From Patescibacteria group bacterium (GTDB taxonomy: Bacteria; Patescibacteriota; UBA1384; XYA2-FULL-43-10; 1-14-0-10-43-13), in contig JBAYHC010000001.1 in assembly GCA_041666325.1 (NCBI GenBank), forward strand, positions 329,708 through 393,707: a DNA stretch of 64,000 nt. The letters run 5' to 3'. The notes under the pieces were generated by a model. The model saw only the letters and a list, made by a program, of their open reading frames with translations. It was not told the DNA's origin and did no database searches. This document shows positions 53,749 through 63,085 of the stretch, piece after piece. The number at the start of each line of letters is the position of its first letter. The first letter of the stretch is position 1. The translations under genes and the position numbers were made by a program.

Positions 53749-54860
53749 GATTTAAACACCTCTGCCGGATCGATCGAGAAGATCCGTTTCATCGGGATAT
53801 AAGCAGCAATTAATGACATCAAAATAGTGGCGGCAAAGATCCAAACCAGATCAACTGGACGGATGACGGTCACAAAGGAGGAGACGATGTTTTCAGAGAC
53901 ATAGGCGACGCCGTATGACAAAATCATACCGATAATGTAGCCGATGACGCCGGCAATAAGTGATTGGATGATAACTGTTTTAAAGAGTTGGCCGTTCGAG
54001 AGACCGATCGCTTTCATCACCCCATACTCGCGTGACTTTTCGATCGTGGCCGAATAAGTTGTGAGGCCAATTACGGCGATTCCGATAATCAGACCAATGA
54101 CAACCAGAACAGAGATGATCGGCAAGAAACTCTCCGTCACCACCTTGCGCGAGTTCTCGACGAATTCATCCTTCGTGAGAACTTTAACGCCCGTGACCTG
54201 CTTTTCGATATCGGACTTAACTTCTGATGCATCAGCGCCTGACTCCAAGCCGAGCAGGTAAAAGTTGACCTTCTCACCCAGACCAAATGACTTTTTCGCC
54301 TGATCATAGGTCACATAGGCATATTGGAAGGAAATGACGTTGCCACCACTTGAAATCCCACCGACCGTAACACTTTCCCCATTGATATCAAAAACATCGC
54401 CAACCTTCAGATTTTCCTCTTTGGCCATTACTCTATCGATGATAATTTCGCCATCTTTCAGATCCTGCCAGCTACCCTCTTCCATCTCATAAGGCTTGGT
54501 TGCCCCGCTCTCGGGATCAACACCGACGATAAATAATGTCTGGTCCTTGCCATTGAGGTCGAACATGACCTGCCGGCCGAGATATTTATCCACCCTACCC
54601 ACACCATCAACTGATAAGAATTTTGAATCCAAATTATTCGGCAAAAACGAGAGCGTGTGGTACATATCACCCACACCCTCTTGCTCAACCCAAAGATCAG
54701 CCGGAATGCTCTTGGGGTACGCCCCCATCTTTTCATTAAAACCCTGGTAGAGACCGTTGATTATAATGATTAAGAGCACAGCAAAAGCAACGCCGCCGAC
54801 GCTGATCGCCAACTTCACTCTTTCCTGAAACAGGTTTTTGAGAGCTATAAAAAACAACAA
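53745..54860 (-). CDS. FtsX-like ABC transporter permease (MacB/YtrF type)
   Basis: N-terminal TM, large extracytoplasmic domain, 3 C-terminal TMs; 4-nt overlap with the ATPase gene. Confidence 0.75.
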   Translation of the reverse strand: MLFFIALKNLFQERVKLAISVGGVAFAVLLIIIINGLYQGFNEKMGAYPKSIPADLWVEQEGVGDMYHTLSFLPNNLDSKFLSVDGVGRVDKYLGRQVMFDLNGKDQTLFIVGVDPESGATKPYEMEEGSWQDLKDGEIIIDRVMAKEENLKVGDVFDINGESVTVGGISSGGNVISFQYAYVTYDQAKKSFGLGEKVNFYLLGLESGADASEVKSDIEKQVTGVKVLTKDEFVENSRKVVTESFLPIISVLVVIGLIIGIAVIGLTTYSATIEKSREYGVMKAIGLSNGQLFKTVIIQSLIAGVIGYIIGMILSYGVAYVSENIVSSFVTVIRPVDLVWIFAATILMSLIAAYIPMKRIFSIDPAEVFKS

Positions 54861-54877
54861 CCCTCCTCGACCATGCT

Positions 54878-55009
54878 ACTATTTGTTGATGTATTTCCAG
54901 AGCGCAACAATACCCAAAACGAGCAAAGCAACGAATAAAATATAGGTAATCCAAGCAAAAAACATCATGCTCGATCCCCCTGCCCCGCCCATCATATTGT
55001 AATCCATCA
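54878..55009 (-). CDS. Unannotated 43-aa Met-rich single-TM peptide (MMDYNMMGGAGGSSMMFFAWITYILFVALLVLGIVALWKYINK)
   Basis: ATG at 55009 with GGAGG 4 nt upstream; Met-rich N-terminus then one TM helix; lies in the gap between the Cu ATPase and FtsX genes. Confidence 0.4.
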
Positions 55010-55119
55010 TTCTACCTCCCCTGCTTAGTATTTATACTATAATATCACGACAATACTCATTATGATAACAAAAATAACAGTGATTCAACCAAAGAGACTA
55101 CTGGAGCGCTAGAATCAGC

Positions 55120-58100
55120 TCATTGTTTAAGAGTAAAATTCATGCCCACAAAGTGCATTATGTCGAGAGTGGTTTTTGTTTCTGGGAGAATCCCGGCCAC
55201 AATCACTCTGTTGCCAAAGAAATCATCCAAGGTGTCGCCCTCCTCCAAAAACAGATTCTCGTCTATCATCATCTTGGCCTCGCGACTGCCAATAAATACA
55301 GGCAGATAGCTCTTGTTTCCGATTATCACTGGCCCATTGTAATTGGAAATTTCGCCCTGCAGCTTTTGTGGCACACCACCAGAAAGATCATAGAAGACCT
55401 TAACACTGCCCTCGGCCAAGGCCATGTTTAGGTCGACACCCCTCTGGAGACTGCGATATGTGCTCTTGTTCGCAAAATGATAGTTGTCAAGAATTGTTCC
55501 GGTCGGCTCCAGCACGCCAGCAACCCTCATCGCAGGCACGCCAAAGAAGTTCTGGATAGTGTCGCCGGGTTTTGCAAAAAGATTTTCATCTCTCATCATT
55601 TGGGCTTCTTCGGCACCAATAATCATCTCATTATCGGCCAAAGCGAGTTTTCCCTCCTTGACCTTAACACCTTTGGCGATATTGAGATTATCAACACCAG
55701 CGAAGAGCTTCGGGCTGCCCTCATTAAACAATATTTTGTTCTCCTGATCTGCAATAAAGGCATTCGCCTCTTTTTGAGCAGAACGAGAGAGCGTGGTCTT
55801 GACCGCTCCGCTCTCGCCGGACATGTCGGAACTTATTTGGGCAAATTCAAAGAATATACCAGTAAACAGAATGACCATGACGAGTGGCGCGAACAAAGAT
55901 ATCAAATTTCTCTTGTTGGGCCGGAAGTACTTGAGGAGAAGAGAGTTTGACACAACCGAAATTGAACTTAGGGCCATAGCCAGACCGGCTAGTTCGGGCT
56001 TCAAGATTAAGCCAGCCCCAACAAAAATTCGGGCAGCAATAGGAATACCAATAACATTATAGAATAGGGCAAAGAACATGTTCTGCTTAATCTTGCTCAT
56101 TGTCTCCTTGGACAGAGCAATTGCACTAACTACATCATTAAGATCGTTCCGGATGATAACAATGCCGCCAGTCTCCATGGCCACATCAGTGCCGGAACCC
56201 ATGGCAATACCGAGATCCGCCTGTGCTAAAGCAGGGGCATCATTAATACCGTCCCCAACCATAGCGACCACTTTGCCGGAACTTTGTAGATTCTTGACTT
56301 CGGCCGCCTTGTTTTCGGGCAAGACCTCGGCCAAAACATTTGTGATTCCAACTTGCGAAGCAATTGCGTTGGCTGTTCGCTGGTTGTCGCCGGTAATCAT
56401 AAAGACGGTAATACCCATGGCTTGCAGCTTGGCGACAGCATCCTTTGATGTTTCCTTAACCGTATCGGCAACAGCAATGACACCGACAATTTTCTCTTTT
56501 GTCGCCAAGATCATAGCCGTCTTGCCCTGCTCTTCCAGACGCTCAAGCTTCCTGTTAATTTTGTCGACAGGCAAATTCAATATATCAACCATCAAGCGGC
56601 GGTTACCAAAGTAATATTTTGTATGATTTAGCTCACCTTCAACCCCGTGGCCGGGGATTGCTTTGAATTTTTCAACCTCCTCGAGTTCAAGCGCCTCTTC
56701 GTCGGCATAAGTGTAAATTGCTTCGGCCAAGGGATGCTCTGATGATTTCTCGAGGCTGGCGGCAATTGCCAAAACCTCGTCTTCGTCGGCATCGCTCAGA
56801 GTCAAAATATCAGTCACGACCGGTTTGCCGTGTGTCAATGTTCCTGTTTTGTCAAAGACAACCGTGTTGACCTTGCAAGCTTTTTCGAGCGGCTCGCCGC
56901 CCTTAACCAAAATACCATGCTCAGCGCCTTTCCCAGTACCGACCATAATGGCGGTTGGTGTTGCTAACCCTAAGGCACATGGGCAAGCGATCACAATCAC
57001 GGCAGTAAAGGCCATGAGCGCAAAAGATAATGATGAACCCAATACAAAGTACCAGACAATAAATGTAAGGATCGCCAAACCAATAACGATAGGCACAAAA
57101 TAGGCCGAGATCCGGTCAGCAAAAGCCTGAATTGGCGCCTTGGAACCCTGGGCTTCCTCGATCAAGCGGATAATTTGGGCCAATGTTGTTTCCGCACCAA
57201 CACGCGTCGCTTCGAACTCGAATGAACCGGTTTTATTGATTGTTGCGCCAACAACACCATCACCAACGTTCTTCTCGACAGGCAAACTCTCACCTGTAAC
57301 CATAGATTCATCAACTGCCGATGAACCCTTGATGATCTTGCCATCAACCGGAATTTTCTCGCCCGGCCGAACCAGAATGATGTCGCCAGTTACCACCTCG
57401 TCAATCGGAATATCAGTAGTAACACCATTACGAATAACTCTGGCAGTTTTAGCCTGTAAGCCCATTAATTTTTTGATTGCTTCAGAAGTCTGGCCTTTAG
57501 CTCTCATCTCAAGCCATTTACCCAGAATAACAAAGGTGATCAGAAAAGCAGCCGTTTCAAAGTAGAGTTCTGGAATCTTTTCTCCGCCCACCCCAAGCAG
57601 CGTCCCGCTCTTAGTTACAAAACTAAAGAAATTGGCCAAACTGTAGAGATATGCCGTTGAAGTACCGATCGCGATCAGGCTGTCCATGTTAAAAGTCTTC
57701 ATTCGGAGACTTGACATCATCCCTTTATAAAATCCGGCTCCGGCAATAAACTGAACGGGGGTCGAGAGAATAAGTGAAACGATGCCAAAATATGGCGGCA
57801 AACTCTCCGCTCCTGGCAGCCACTTGAAGAAATCAAGCAACATAAAGTAGAGCATTGGAAAGCTTAAGATAAAACTAAACCGAAAGCGCTTCCAAAGCGA
57901 GCCGATCTCTTTCTTTCTCTTTTCGGCCTCATGCTCCGTACTGCCGGCGTCTATCTCCTCTGCTTTGTAACCGGCTTTTTTAACCGCCTTGATCAGACTT
58001 GCTCCCGTTGCAGCTCCGCTATCATATGAGATGATAGCTTTTTCAGCAGCAAAGTTGACATTGGCCGATTTAACACCAGGAACTTTCTTGATCGAGCGTT

Positions 58101-58749
58101 CGATAATGGCGGCGCAAGAAGAACAGTGCATGCCATAGAGGGACAGGGAGATGATCTTGCTAGACGCACCTCTATTGTCAGCACCGGTGGCAGGCACCGA
58201 AACGCTTTGCTGCGCTAAATCATTATCCAGCGCAGAAGCTGAAGCGCCCTCGTTCGTGTTGCCCTCAATCTTTTGACTCCCAAAGGAGTTCAGGAGTCTA
58301 GCAAGGTCAGACGGCTTGGCCATTCCCGCAGCCTCAATCTTAGCCGAAAACTTGACCTTGAGCGGCTGATCAGGAAGAACAAGTTCATCTCTGACTGTGA
58401 TGGTATCGTTATTGACTGAAACAGTGCGAGCAGTATTGGTTTTAGACAGCTCAAAATTATCGCTGTTTGTAATTTTGGCTTCATACCCACTATTTTTAAC
58501 TGCAGCAACAATTTGCTCAGGCAAGGCCTTACGTAGATCAATCTCCAATTCACCAGTGCCTTTTTCGCTTGATATTTTGATGTTTTTAGCCCCGGGCAAC
58601 TTTTCTAGCCCTGCGGCAATTATTTTTTCGCATGATCCACAGTGCATTCCGTCGATCTTGAGTTCAACTTTGGTCATAATATGCGTCCTTGCTTGTTCTG
58701 AATGTTTAATTGTCTTGTTCCCATCTGGAATATTCAGTGCAGCGATCAC
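55120..58749 (-). CDS. copA: Copper-translocating P1B-1 ATPase CopA with two N-terminal HMA domains and a roughly 300-aa C-terminal extension (extra TM plus a tandemly duplicated domain)
   Basis: GMHCGSC and GMHCSSC HMA motifs, CPC in TM6, [15 protein letters not shown]; after TM8 an extra hydrophobic helix ([21 protein letters not shown]) and two homologous ~110-aa units (..[22 protein letters not shown].. / ..[22 protein letters not shown]..). Confidence 0.85.
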   Translation of the reverse strand: MIAALNIPDGNKTIKHSEQARTHIMTKVELKIDGMHCGSCEKIIAAGLEKLPGAKNIKISSEKGTGELEIDLRKALPEQIVAAVKNSGYEAKITNSDNFELSKTNTARTVSVNNDTITVRDELVLPDQPLKVKFSAKIEAAGMAKPSDLARLLNSFGSQKIEGNTNEGASASALDNDLAQQSVSVPATGADNRGASSKIISLSLYGMHCSSCAAIIERSIKKVPGVKSANVNFAAEKAIISYDSGAATGASLIKAVKKAGYKAEEIDAGSTEHEAEKRKKEIGSLWKRFRFSFILSFPMLYFMLLDFFKWLPGAESLPPYFGIVSLILSTPVQFIAGAGFYKGMMSSLRMKTFNMDSLIAIGTSTAYLYSLANFFSFVTKSGTLLGVGGEKIPELYFETAAFLITFVILGKWLEMRAKGQTSEAIKKLMGLQAKTARVIRNGVTTDIPIDEVVTGDIILVRPGEKIPVDGKIIKGSSAVDESMVTGESLPVEKNVGDGVVGATINKTGSFEFEATRVGAETTLAQIIRLIEEAQGSKAPIQAFADRISAYFVPIVIGLAILTFIVWYFVLGSSLSFALMAFTAVIVIACPCALGLATPTAIMVGTGKGAEHGILVKGGEPLEKACKVNTVVFDKTGTLTHGKPVVTDILTLSDADEDEVLAIAASLEKSSEHPLAEAIYTYADEEALELEEVEKFKAIPGHGVEGELNHTKYYFGNRRLMVDILNLPVDKINRKLERLEEQGKTAMILATKEKIVGVIAVADTVKETSKDAVAKLQAMGITVFMITGDNQRTANAIASQVGITNVLAEVLPENKAAEVKNLQSSGKVVAMVGDGINDAPALAQADLGIAMGSGTDVAMETGGIVIIRNDLNDVVSAIALSKETMSKIKQNMFFALFYNVIGIPIAARIFVGAGLILKPELAGLAMALSSISVVSNSLLLKYFRPNKRNLISLFAPLVMVILFTGIFFEFAQISSDMSGESGAVKTTLSRSAQKEANAFIADQENKILFNEGSPKLFAGVDNLNIAKGVKVKEGKLALADNEMIIGAEEAQMMRDENLFAKPGDTIQNFFGVPAMRVAGVLEPTGTILDNYHFANKSTYRSLQRGVDLNMALAEGSVKVFYDLSGGVPQKLQGEISNYNGPVIIGNKSYLPVFIGSREAKMMIDENLFLEEGDTLDDFFGNRVIVAGILPETKTTLDIMHFVGMNFTLKQ

Positions 58750-58955
58750 TCTTCGGCAAGCGGGTGATCTGTTCCCCTCAGTGCATCAGCAATTTCATAA
58801 AGATCGATTTCCCTCTCTGCCTCAACACTTACAGACCCATTGAGGTTAACCACGGCGTCAGTTACGCCGTCAATCTCACGTAATTTCATGCTGACCAATT
58901 TGGTGCAGGCCGCACACTCAAAGCTGCCCACAAGAGAGAAGTTTAACGTCGACAT
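58746..58955 (-). CDS. copZ: CopZ-like heavy-metal-associated copper chaperone
   Basis: 69 aa, ferredoxin-like HMA fold with ECAAC (CxxC) metal-binding loop; 4-nt overlap with copA. Confidence 0.6.
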   Translation of the reverse strand: MSTLNFSLVGSFECAACTKLVSMKLREIDGVTDAVVNLNGSVSVEAEREIDLYEIADALRGTDHPLAEE

Positions 58956-58975
58956 CGGTTCCTTTCGTTATTTTC

Positions 58976-59000
58976 TACCTACACCTAGGGTATAGGTAGA
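58976..59000. promoter_or_regulatory. Pseudo-palindromic operator candidate (CTACCTACACCTAGGGTATAGGTAG) overlapping a TTGACA-N15-TATACC promoter upstream of copZ
   Basis: Inverted repeat CTACCTA..TAGGTAG around ACCTAGGGTAT; resembles CsoR operator pseudo-palindromes; -35 TTGACA at about 59016-59021 on the minus strand. Confidence 0.4.
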
Positions 59001-59043
59001 CATGGAGTTTGTCAATACCTTTGAGGGTAAGAAAATGTTGTTG

Positions 59044-61005
59044 CTAGACCACTGTTAGTGTCCCACGCGGGACGCCCATTGCACAGGTGATATCGTAATT
59101 GCCCTTCTTGGTCGGAGTAAAATTAAATGTAATTGTTTTGCCCTGCTCCAAAAGTTCGGGTTCGTCCACTAAACCCGGGATCATGATAGTACTCATACAT
59201 CCCACCCCGTCAACCTCGGCCGCAACCTCGAATCGAACCGGCTGATTGGCCTTGACAGTAAATTCATTCGGATAAATATCACTGTATTGAGACAAAGTTG
59301 ACTCAGAGAAAGAGGTTTTCACGACCTGTATCTTGTCAGTGCTTGGAGCGGAATCAGACTCAGCCAAAGGTTTGGGCTGTGTACTAGAAGCAGGTTCTGT
59401 CTTGTTCTGTTGAGTCGAATTAGGCTTCGCAGCACCTGTCTCTGACTTGGATTGATCTTGCCCCGAGTCAGTTTGAACAGGCGTTTGACTTTGGGTGATA
59501 GAGGGTAGGTCTGATTTTTGTCGGGACGAATCGGTATCAGCGGGCAGAGAAGCACTCTTGTCGTCAACCACCTTGAAGCTTCCGCGGTACATGCCCATGG
59601 AACAAGAAAACTTAAAAGTGCCGGCTTCTCTTGGTGTAAACTCGATAATGTTTTCGCCGGGTTTCAGGGTCTTTCTGATCGCGAACTTAGAAAACGATAT
59701 GCTAGCGGCACAGGTTTGACTGTCCACGGAATTGATAACCCACTTAACCGGCACACCTTTATTCACAGTGAAGCTATTTGGCGAGTAACCGTCCGCATCC
59801 TGGGTCATGTTGACAACCTGGACACCATTCTCGTTCTTCGCCGTCGAATCACTACTACTACCGCCTGAACCAGCAGAACTGCCAAGAGAGGGCAACTTCC
59901 ACCCCGTTAAATTCCACCCGTTGGCGAGGTTAAAAAACGCCAGGGCAACGACCAAGAGGCCGGCGAACTTAAAGAATCTTTTAGCAAAGGCTCCCTGGAT
60001 TACAGATGTTAGACCGCCAATACCCAAGAGGCCCGGGGCCGTTCCAAGGGCAAAAACTCCCATTATCGCCGCCCCTGACCAAAAACTACCCGTGCTCATA
60101 GCATACAACTGCATGGCCTGAGTAAAACCGCACGGCAGGAAAAATGTTAAGGCTCCGGTAATCAATGAGTTGGTGTGGCTATATTCCTTTTGATGGCGCC
60201 CGCTCAGCCCGAAAAATCGACTGATGCTTGAGGGCAAGGTTAAGCCGCTGCTAGACAAGCGCGGAAATATCTCTGTCAACTGAGCACCGAGCGCAAGCAT
60301 CACCAGACCAACGGCAATGGTAAGAAAACCAAGTGTTGGGCTGGAAAGCTGAAAAGCCTTGCCGGCCAAACCGATCACCCCGCCCAAAACGAAATATGAG
60401 ATGGTGCGGCCCAAAACGAAGAAAATATGGGGGCGAAATTTTTGAGCAGGAGTCGCCTCGGGGTGCTTTTCTGAAAACCTGGCAGATATACCCAGGACCA
60501 AGCCGCCCACCAACGCCATACAAGTAGAAATTCCAGCTGTTAGACCGACCACAAGCACAACTGCCAGACTTGACGGCTTATCACCGCCGCCAACATTGAT
60601 ATTACTAAGTCCGAGCTGCCTGGCGACAAAGTAAAGCAGCAACAAAACAACAAAAGCATATGCTAAATCGCGATACTTGGCTGGATCGCGGCTTATCCAA
60701 TCCTTCGAGTCATCAACTCCAACTTCATAGCCAGCCTCTCTGACTGCTGCCCTGACCTCACTCATATCGAGCGATCCGCGAGTATATATCTCAGCCTGAC
60801 TCTTCTTGTAGCTAACGTGGACATTTTTGACGGCAGCAATCTCTTCAAGTTTCTCAGTGATCAAAATTTCGCATGACCGGCAATGCATTCCCCTGATCGG
60901 AACAGTGACCTTGCCAGCCTGACTTGAAGCATCTCTGTTGCCCAAAAAATCATCAACCATCCCTGATTTACTTGAACTGAATTTGTTTTTCTTTTTTGAT
61001 GACAT
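59044..61005 (-). CDS. Three-module fusion: N-terminal HMA domain, polytopic membrane domain with conserved Cys, and two C-terminal cupredoxin-like beta-sandwich domains bearing Cys/Met pairs
   Basis: GMHCRSCE (MxCxxC) HMA; about 8 TM with Cys in ISTCMALV and FLPCGFTQ; C-terminal repeats ..TCAAS..FSCSMGMYRG.. and ..GCMS..ITCAMGVPRG.. Confidence 0.6.
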   Translation of the reverse strand: MSSKKKNKFSSSKSGMVDDFLGNRDASSQAGKVTVPIRGMHCRSCEILITEKLEEIAAVKNVHVSYKKSQAEIYTRGSLDMSEVRAAVREAGYEVGVDDSKDWISRDPAKYRDLAYAFVVLLLLYFVARQLGLSNINVGGGDKPSSLAVVLVVGLTAGISTCMALVGGLVLGISARFSEKHPEATPAQKFRPHIFFVLGRTISYFVLGGVIGLAGKAFQLSSPTLGFLTIAVGLVMLALGAQLTEIFPRLSSSGLTLPSSISRFFGLSGRHQKEYSHTNSLITGALTFFLPCGFTQAMQLYAMSTGSFWSGAAIMGVFALGTAPGLLGIGGLTSVIQGAFAKRFFKFAGLLVVALAFFNLANGWNLTGWKLPSLGSSAGSGGSSSDSTAKNENGVQVVNMTQDADGYSPNSFTVNKGVPVKWVINSVDSQTCAASISFSKFAIRKTLKPGENIIEFTPREAGTFKFSCSMGMYRGSFKVVDDKSASLPADTDSSRQKSDLPSITQSQTPVQTDSGQDQSKSETGAAKPNSTQQNKTEPASSTQPKPLAESDSAPSTDKIQVVKTSFSESTLSQYSDIYPNEFTVKANQPVRFEVAAEVDGVGCMSTIMIPGLVDEPELLEQGKTITFNFTPTKKGNYDITCAMGVPRGTLTVV

Positions 61006-61023
61006 GATCTCCCCAATGACTAC

Positions 61024-61380
61024 TTACTTGTTTGAAAGTCTTCCGACTCTTAGTATCTCTGTGATCATTTTCTGTTTTCGCTCCTCGTTATTGGTTTTCA
61101 TGGCATTTTTGAAACAGGTATCGAGGTGCCCTTCCAATAATTGTTGGTTGGCGGATTTCAGGAGGCCCATGACCGCCATGTTCTGCTGCATAATATCGAT
61201 ACAATACTCGCCGTCTTCCAACATCTTTAATATTTTATCGATATGGCTTCTTGCCTTCTTGAGGTTGATAACAGTCTTCTCGTGTTTTTTGTCCATCTTC
61301 TTCCTTGTAATATTTGTACACCTACCTATGGTAGAGGTGTTTATAGATCCAATGATAACATGCGAAGAAAATTCGGTCAA
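61024..61380 (-). CDS. csoR: CsoR-family copper-sensing transcriptional repressor
   Basis: C-x(24)-H-x(3)-C pattern (GEYCIDI..EGHLDTC) of the CsoR Cu(I) site; probable true start is the Met at 61296 (91 aa), which puts the operator at 61316-61340 in the promoter. Confidence 0.7.
   Translation of the reverse strand: MTEFSSHVIIGSINTSTIGRCTNITRKKMDKKHEKTVINLKKARSHIDKILKMLEDGEYCIDIMQQNMAVMGLLKSANQQLLEGHLDTCFKNAMKTNNEERKQKMITEILRVGRLSNK
61316..61340. promoter_or_regulatory. Pseudo-palindrome TACACCTACCTATGGTAGAGGTGT downstream of a TTGACC-17-TATCAT promoter; likely csoR autoregulatory operator
   Basis: Shares CACCTA/TAGGTG-type half-sites with the site at 58976-59000; the promoter (minus strand) is TTGACC 61377-61372, TATCAT 61354-61349. 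Confidence 0.4.
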
Positions 61381-61460
61381 ATCCGTGCCTGTTTATACTA
61401 TTCGGAAAACGCCCCCCTTCTGTTACAATAGGATCCAGTGAGATTGGAAGGAATATTCAT

Positions 61461-62084
61461 ATGAAATTCGACCCGGTACCATACATCATCGGAGTTGTGG
61501 CCATAGTTATAGCTGCAATTATTATTGTATTTGCCGGAAAGAGTGACAACACCGGGTCAGCAAATACTCAGCAGATCGCCGAAAAAGAAAAGGGCGGCGA
61601 ACCAATAATTGCCACAGACGAGACAACTTTTCTTCTAACTCCGAAAGAAAAAATTAAGCAAAAGACAATCAAAGTAGCCAATAACGGCAGTGGCGCACTC
61701 GTTTTGTCAGCATTTGAGACTTCGTGTAAATGTGTTACGGGCCAGTTTAGCAAAGCATCCGAAGACGGGCCGGATTTCTTTGGGCGCAACAAAATCAACT
61801 GGTCGATTGCCCTGCCCCCAGATGAAGAGGGCCTGCTTTCGATCAGGTTTGACGAAAAAACATTCAACTGGACTCGGCCCAGCGACCAATTCGTAACATT
61901 CAAAACGAATGACCCCAACAACCCCGAAATAAAAGTTAGCTTTTTGACTGATCCAGAAAAAGTAAGGCAACAAACAGAAACGAGTGAAAGCGGAGACACG
62001 GCTGTTACCCCAAACATGCTTGAGCAGCTTAAAGAAAGCGGGGCCCTTGATCAAGAAAACGGTACTACTTGGCCCGAAGAGTAA
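61461..62084 (+). CDS. DUF1573-like membrane-anchored protein
   Basis: N-terminal TM; NNGSGALVLSAFETSCKCV matches the DUF1573 N.G...L.I.....SC.C signature. Confidence 0.5.
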   Translation: MKFDPVPYIIGVVAIVIAAIIIVFAGKSDNTGSANTQQIAEKEKGGEPIIATDETTFLLTPKEKIKQKTIKVANNGSGALVLSAFETSCKCVTGQFSKASEDGPDFFGRNKINWSIALPPDEEGLLSIRFDEKTFNWTRPSDQFVTFKTNDPNNPEIKVSFLTDPEKVRQQTETSESGDTAVTPNMLEQLKESGALDQENGTTWPEE

Positions 62085-62093
62085 ACTTAAACT

Positions 62094-62125
62094 AAAAAAG
62101 TCGGCAGTTTCTTGCCGGCTTTTTT
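62094..62125. terminator. Bidirectional intrinsic terminator between convergent genes (A6-GTCGGCA..TGCCGGC-T6)
   Basis: 7-bp stem (one G-U), loop GTTTCT, flanking A-run and T-run. Confidence 0.6.
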
Positions 62126-62136
62126 AGTTTGGAGAA

Positions 62137-62868
62137 CTACAAGGTAACCAGAACCCCCTCGACACGCACCTTTTCCTTCCCCTGCGCAACCAGCTTCGCC
62201 TCCGCCATCAGCTCTGAGACTTCATCGGCACTACTCGTCAAGACAATAATCACGAAGGGATTATTGGCAGAGAATAAATTGTTGAACCCGTGATCACCGA
62301 GGGCAATTGAGACAGAAATTTCAAGCTCTTTTTGAGCATAGTCGGCAGATAGGTACTTGCGGCTAACGGTGAACCCTGCCGGGAGCTCGGGCAAGGCCGA
62401 GTAGTCGAATAGACCCGTACCATCGTAGTACGCAACCCGAGCAGTGTGAAGACCGCTTGGCCGGTGCATTTCGCCAATTGAAATATGCCCCTTGTACGGA
62501 ACCTTGATATTGGAGGACAAGGAGTTAACCCACTCTCGGCAATATTCATCGGCATATTCAGGATCGAGTCCTTCTTGTTTGGCGTACAGTTTCGCCGCTC
62601 CGCACTCCTCGTGAGTATAGACTCCGGTAGCACCGGCTGCCTTGAAAACCTTCTCTGCATCCTCAAGATTGAGCAAGATGCCGGAACCAGCCAGGTGAAT
62701 TCCACCGGGTGTTCCCTCATCGATACAACGGATGCTCCTGTCACTGGATTCAAAAGCCCGGACGATACCAGATACTGAATCAAAATATTTTTGCGCCCCA
62801 TTCTCGATAATCTTCTTGATCTTAGATTCCTCTACCTGCCAAAGTTCGCCGACGGCAGTGTGACTCAT
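62137..62868 (-). CDS. Hypothetical protein (243 aa), no recognised motif
   Basis: Long ORF with good coding appearance; conserved-looking segments CIDEGTPGGIHLAGSG and HEECGAAK. Confidence 0.4.
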   Translation of the reverse strand: MSHTAVGELWQVEESKIKKIIENGAQKYFDSVSGIVRAFESSDRSIRCIDEGTPGGIHLAGSGILLNLEDAEKVFKAAGATGVYTHEECGAAKLYAKQEGLDPEYADEYCREWVNSLSSNIKVPYKGHISIGEMHRPSGLHTARVAYYDGTGLFDYSALPELPAGFTVSRKYLSADYAQKELEISVSIALGDHGFNNLFSANNPFVIIVLTSSADEVSELMAEAKLVAQGKEKVRVEGVLVTL

Positions 62869-63085
62869 CGCTGCTCCTTCTATTAACTTGTACTGGAAGT
62901 ATTATAGCCAATTAAGGACCTCAAAGCCAGTAAAAAGAAAAGCCCGGGCAAAAGCCACGGACTAGACGGATAACCAATCCCATACCATATTTATGCGTTT
63001 ATATCAAACCGCTTACCTGACGAACTATGACCGCTAAGCAAATCGTTGCCAGATGTGATAGAATTATCAGCTTTTAATCAAAGGA

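Noticed and set aside
54736-54954. ORF 54736-54954 (-) 72 aa listed in the six-frame track
   Set aside because: It is out of frame with, and overlaps, the FtsX permease 5' end. The adjacent in-frame 43-aa Met-rich ORF with a proper RBS is the better candidate for this gap
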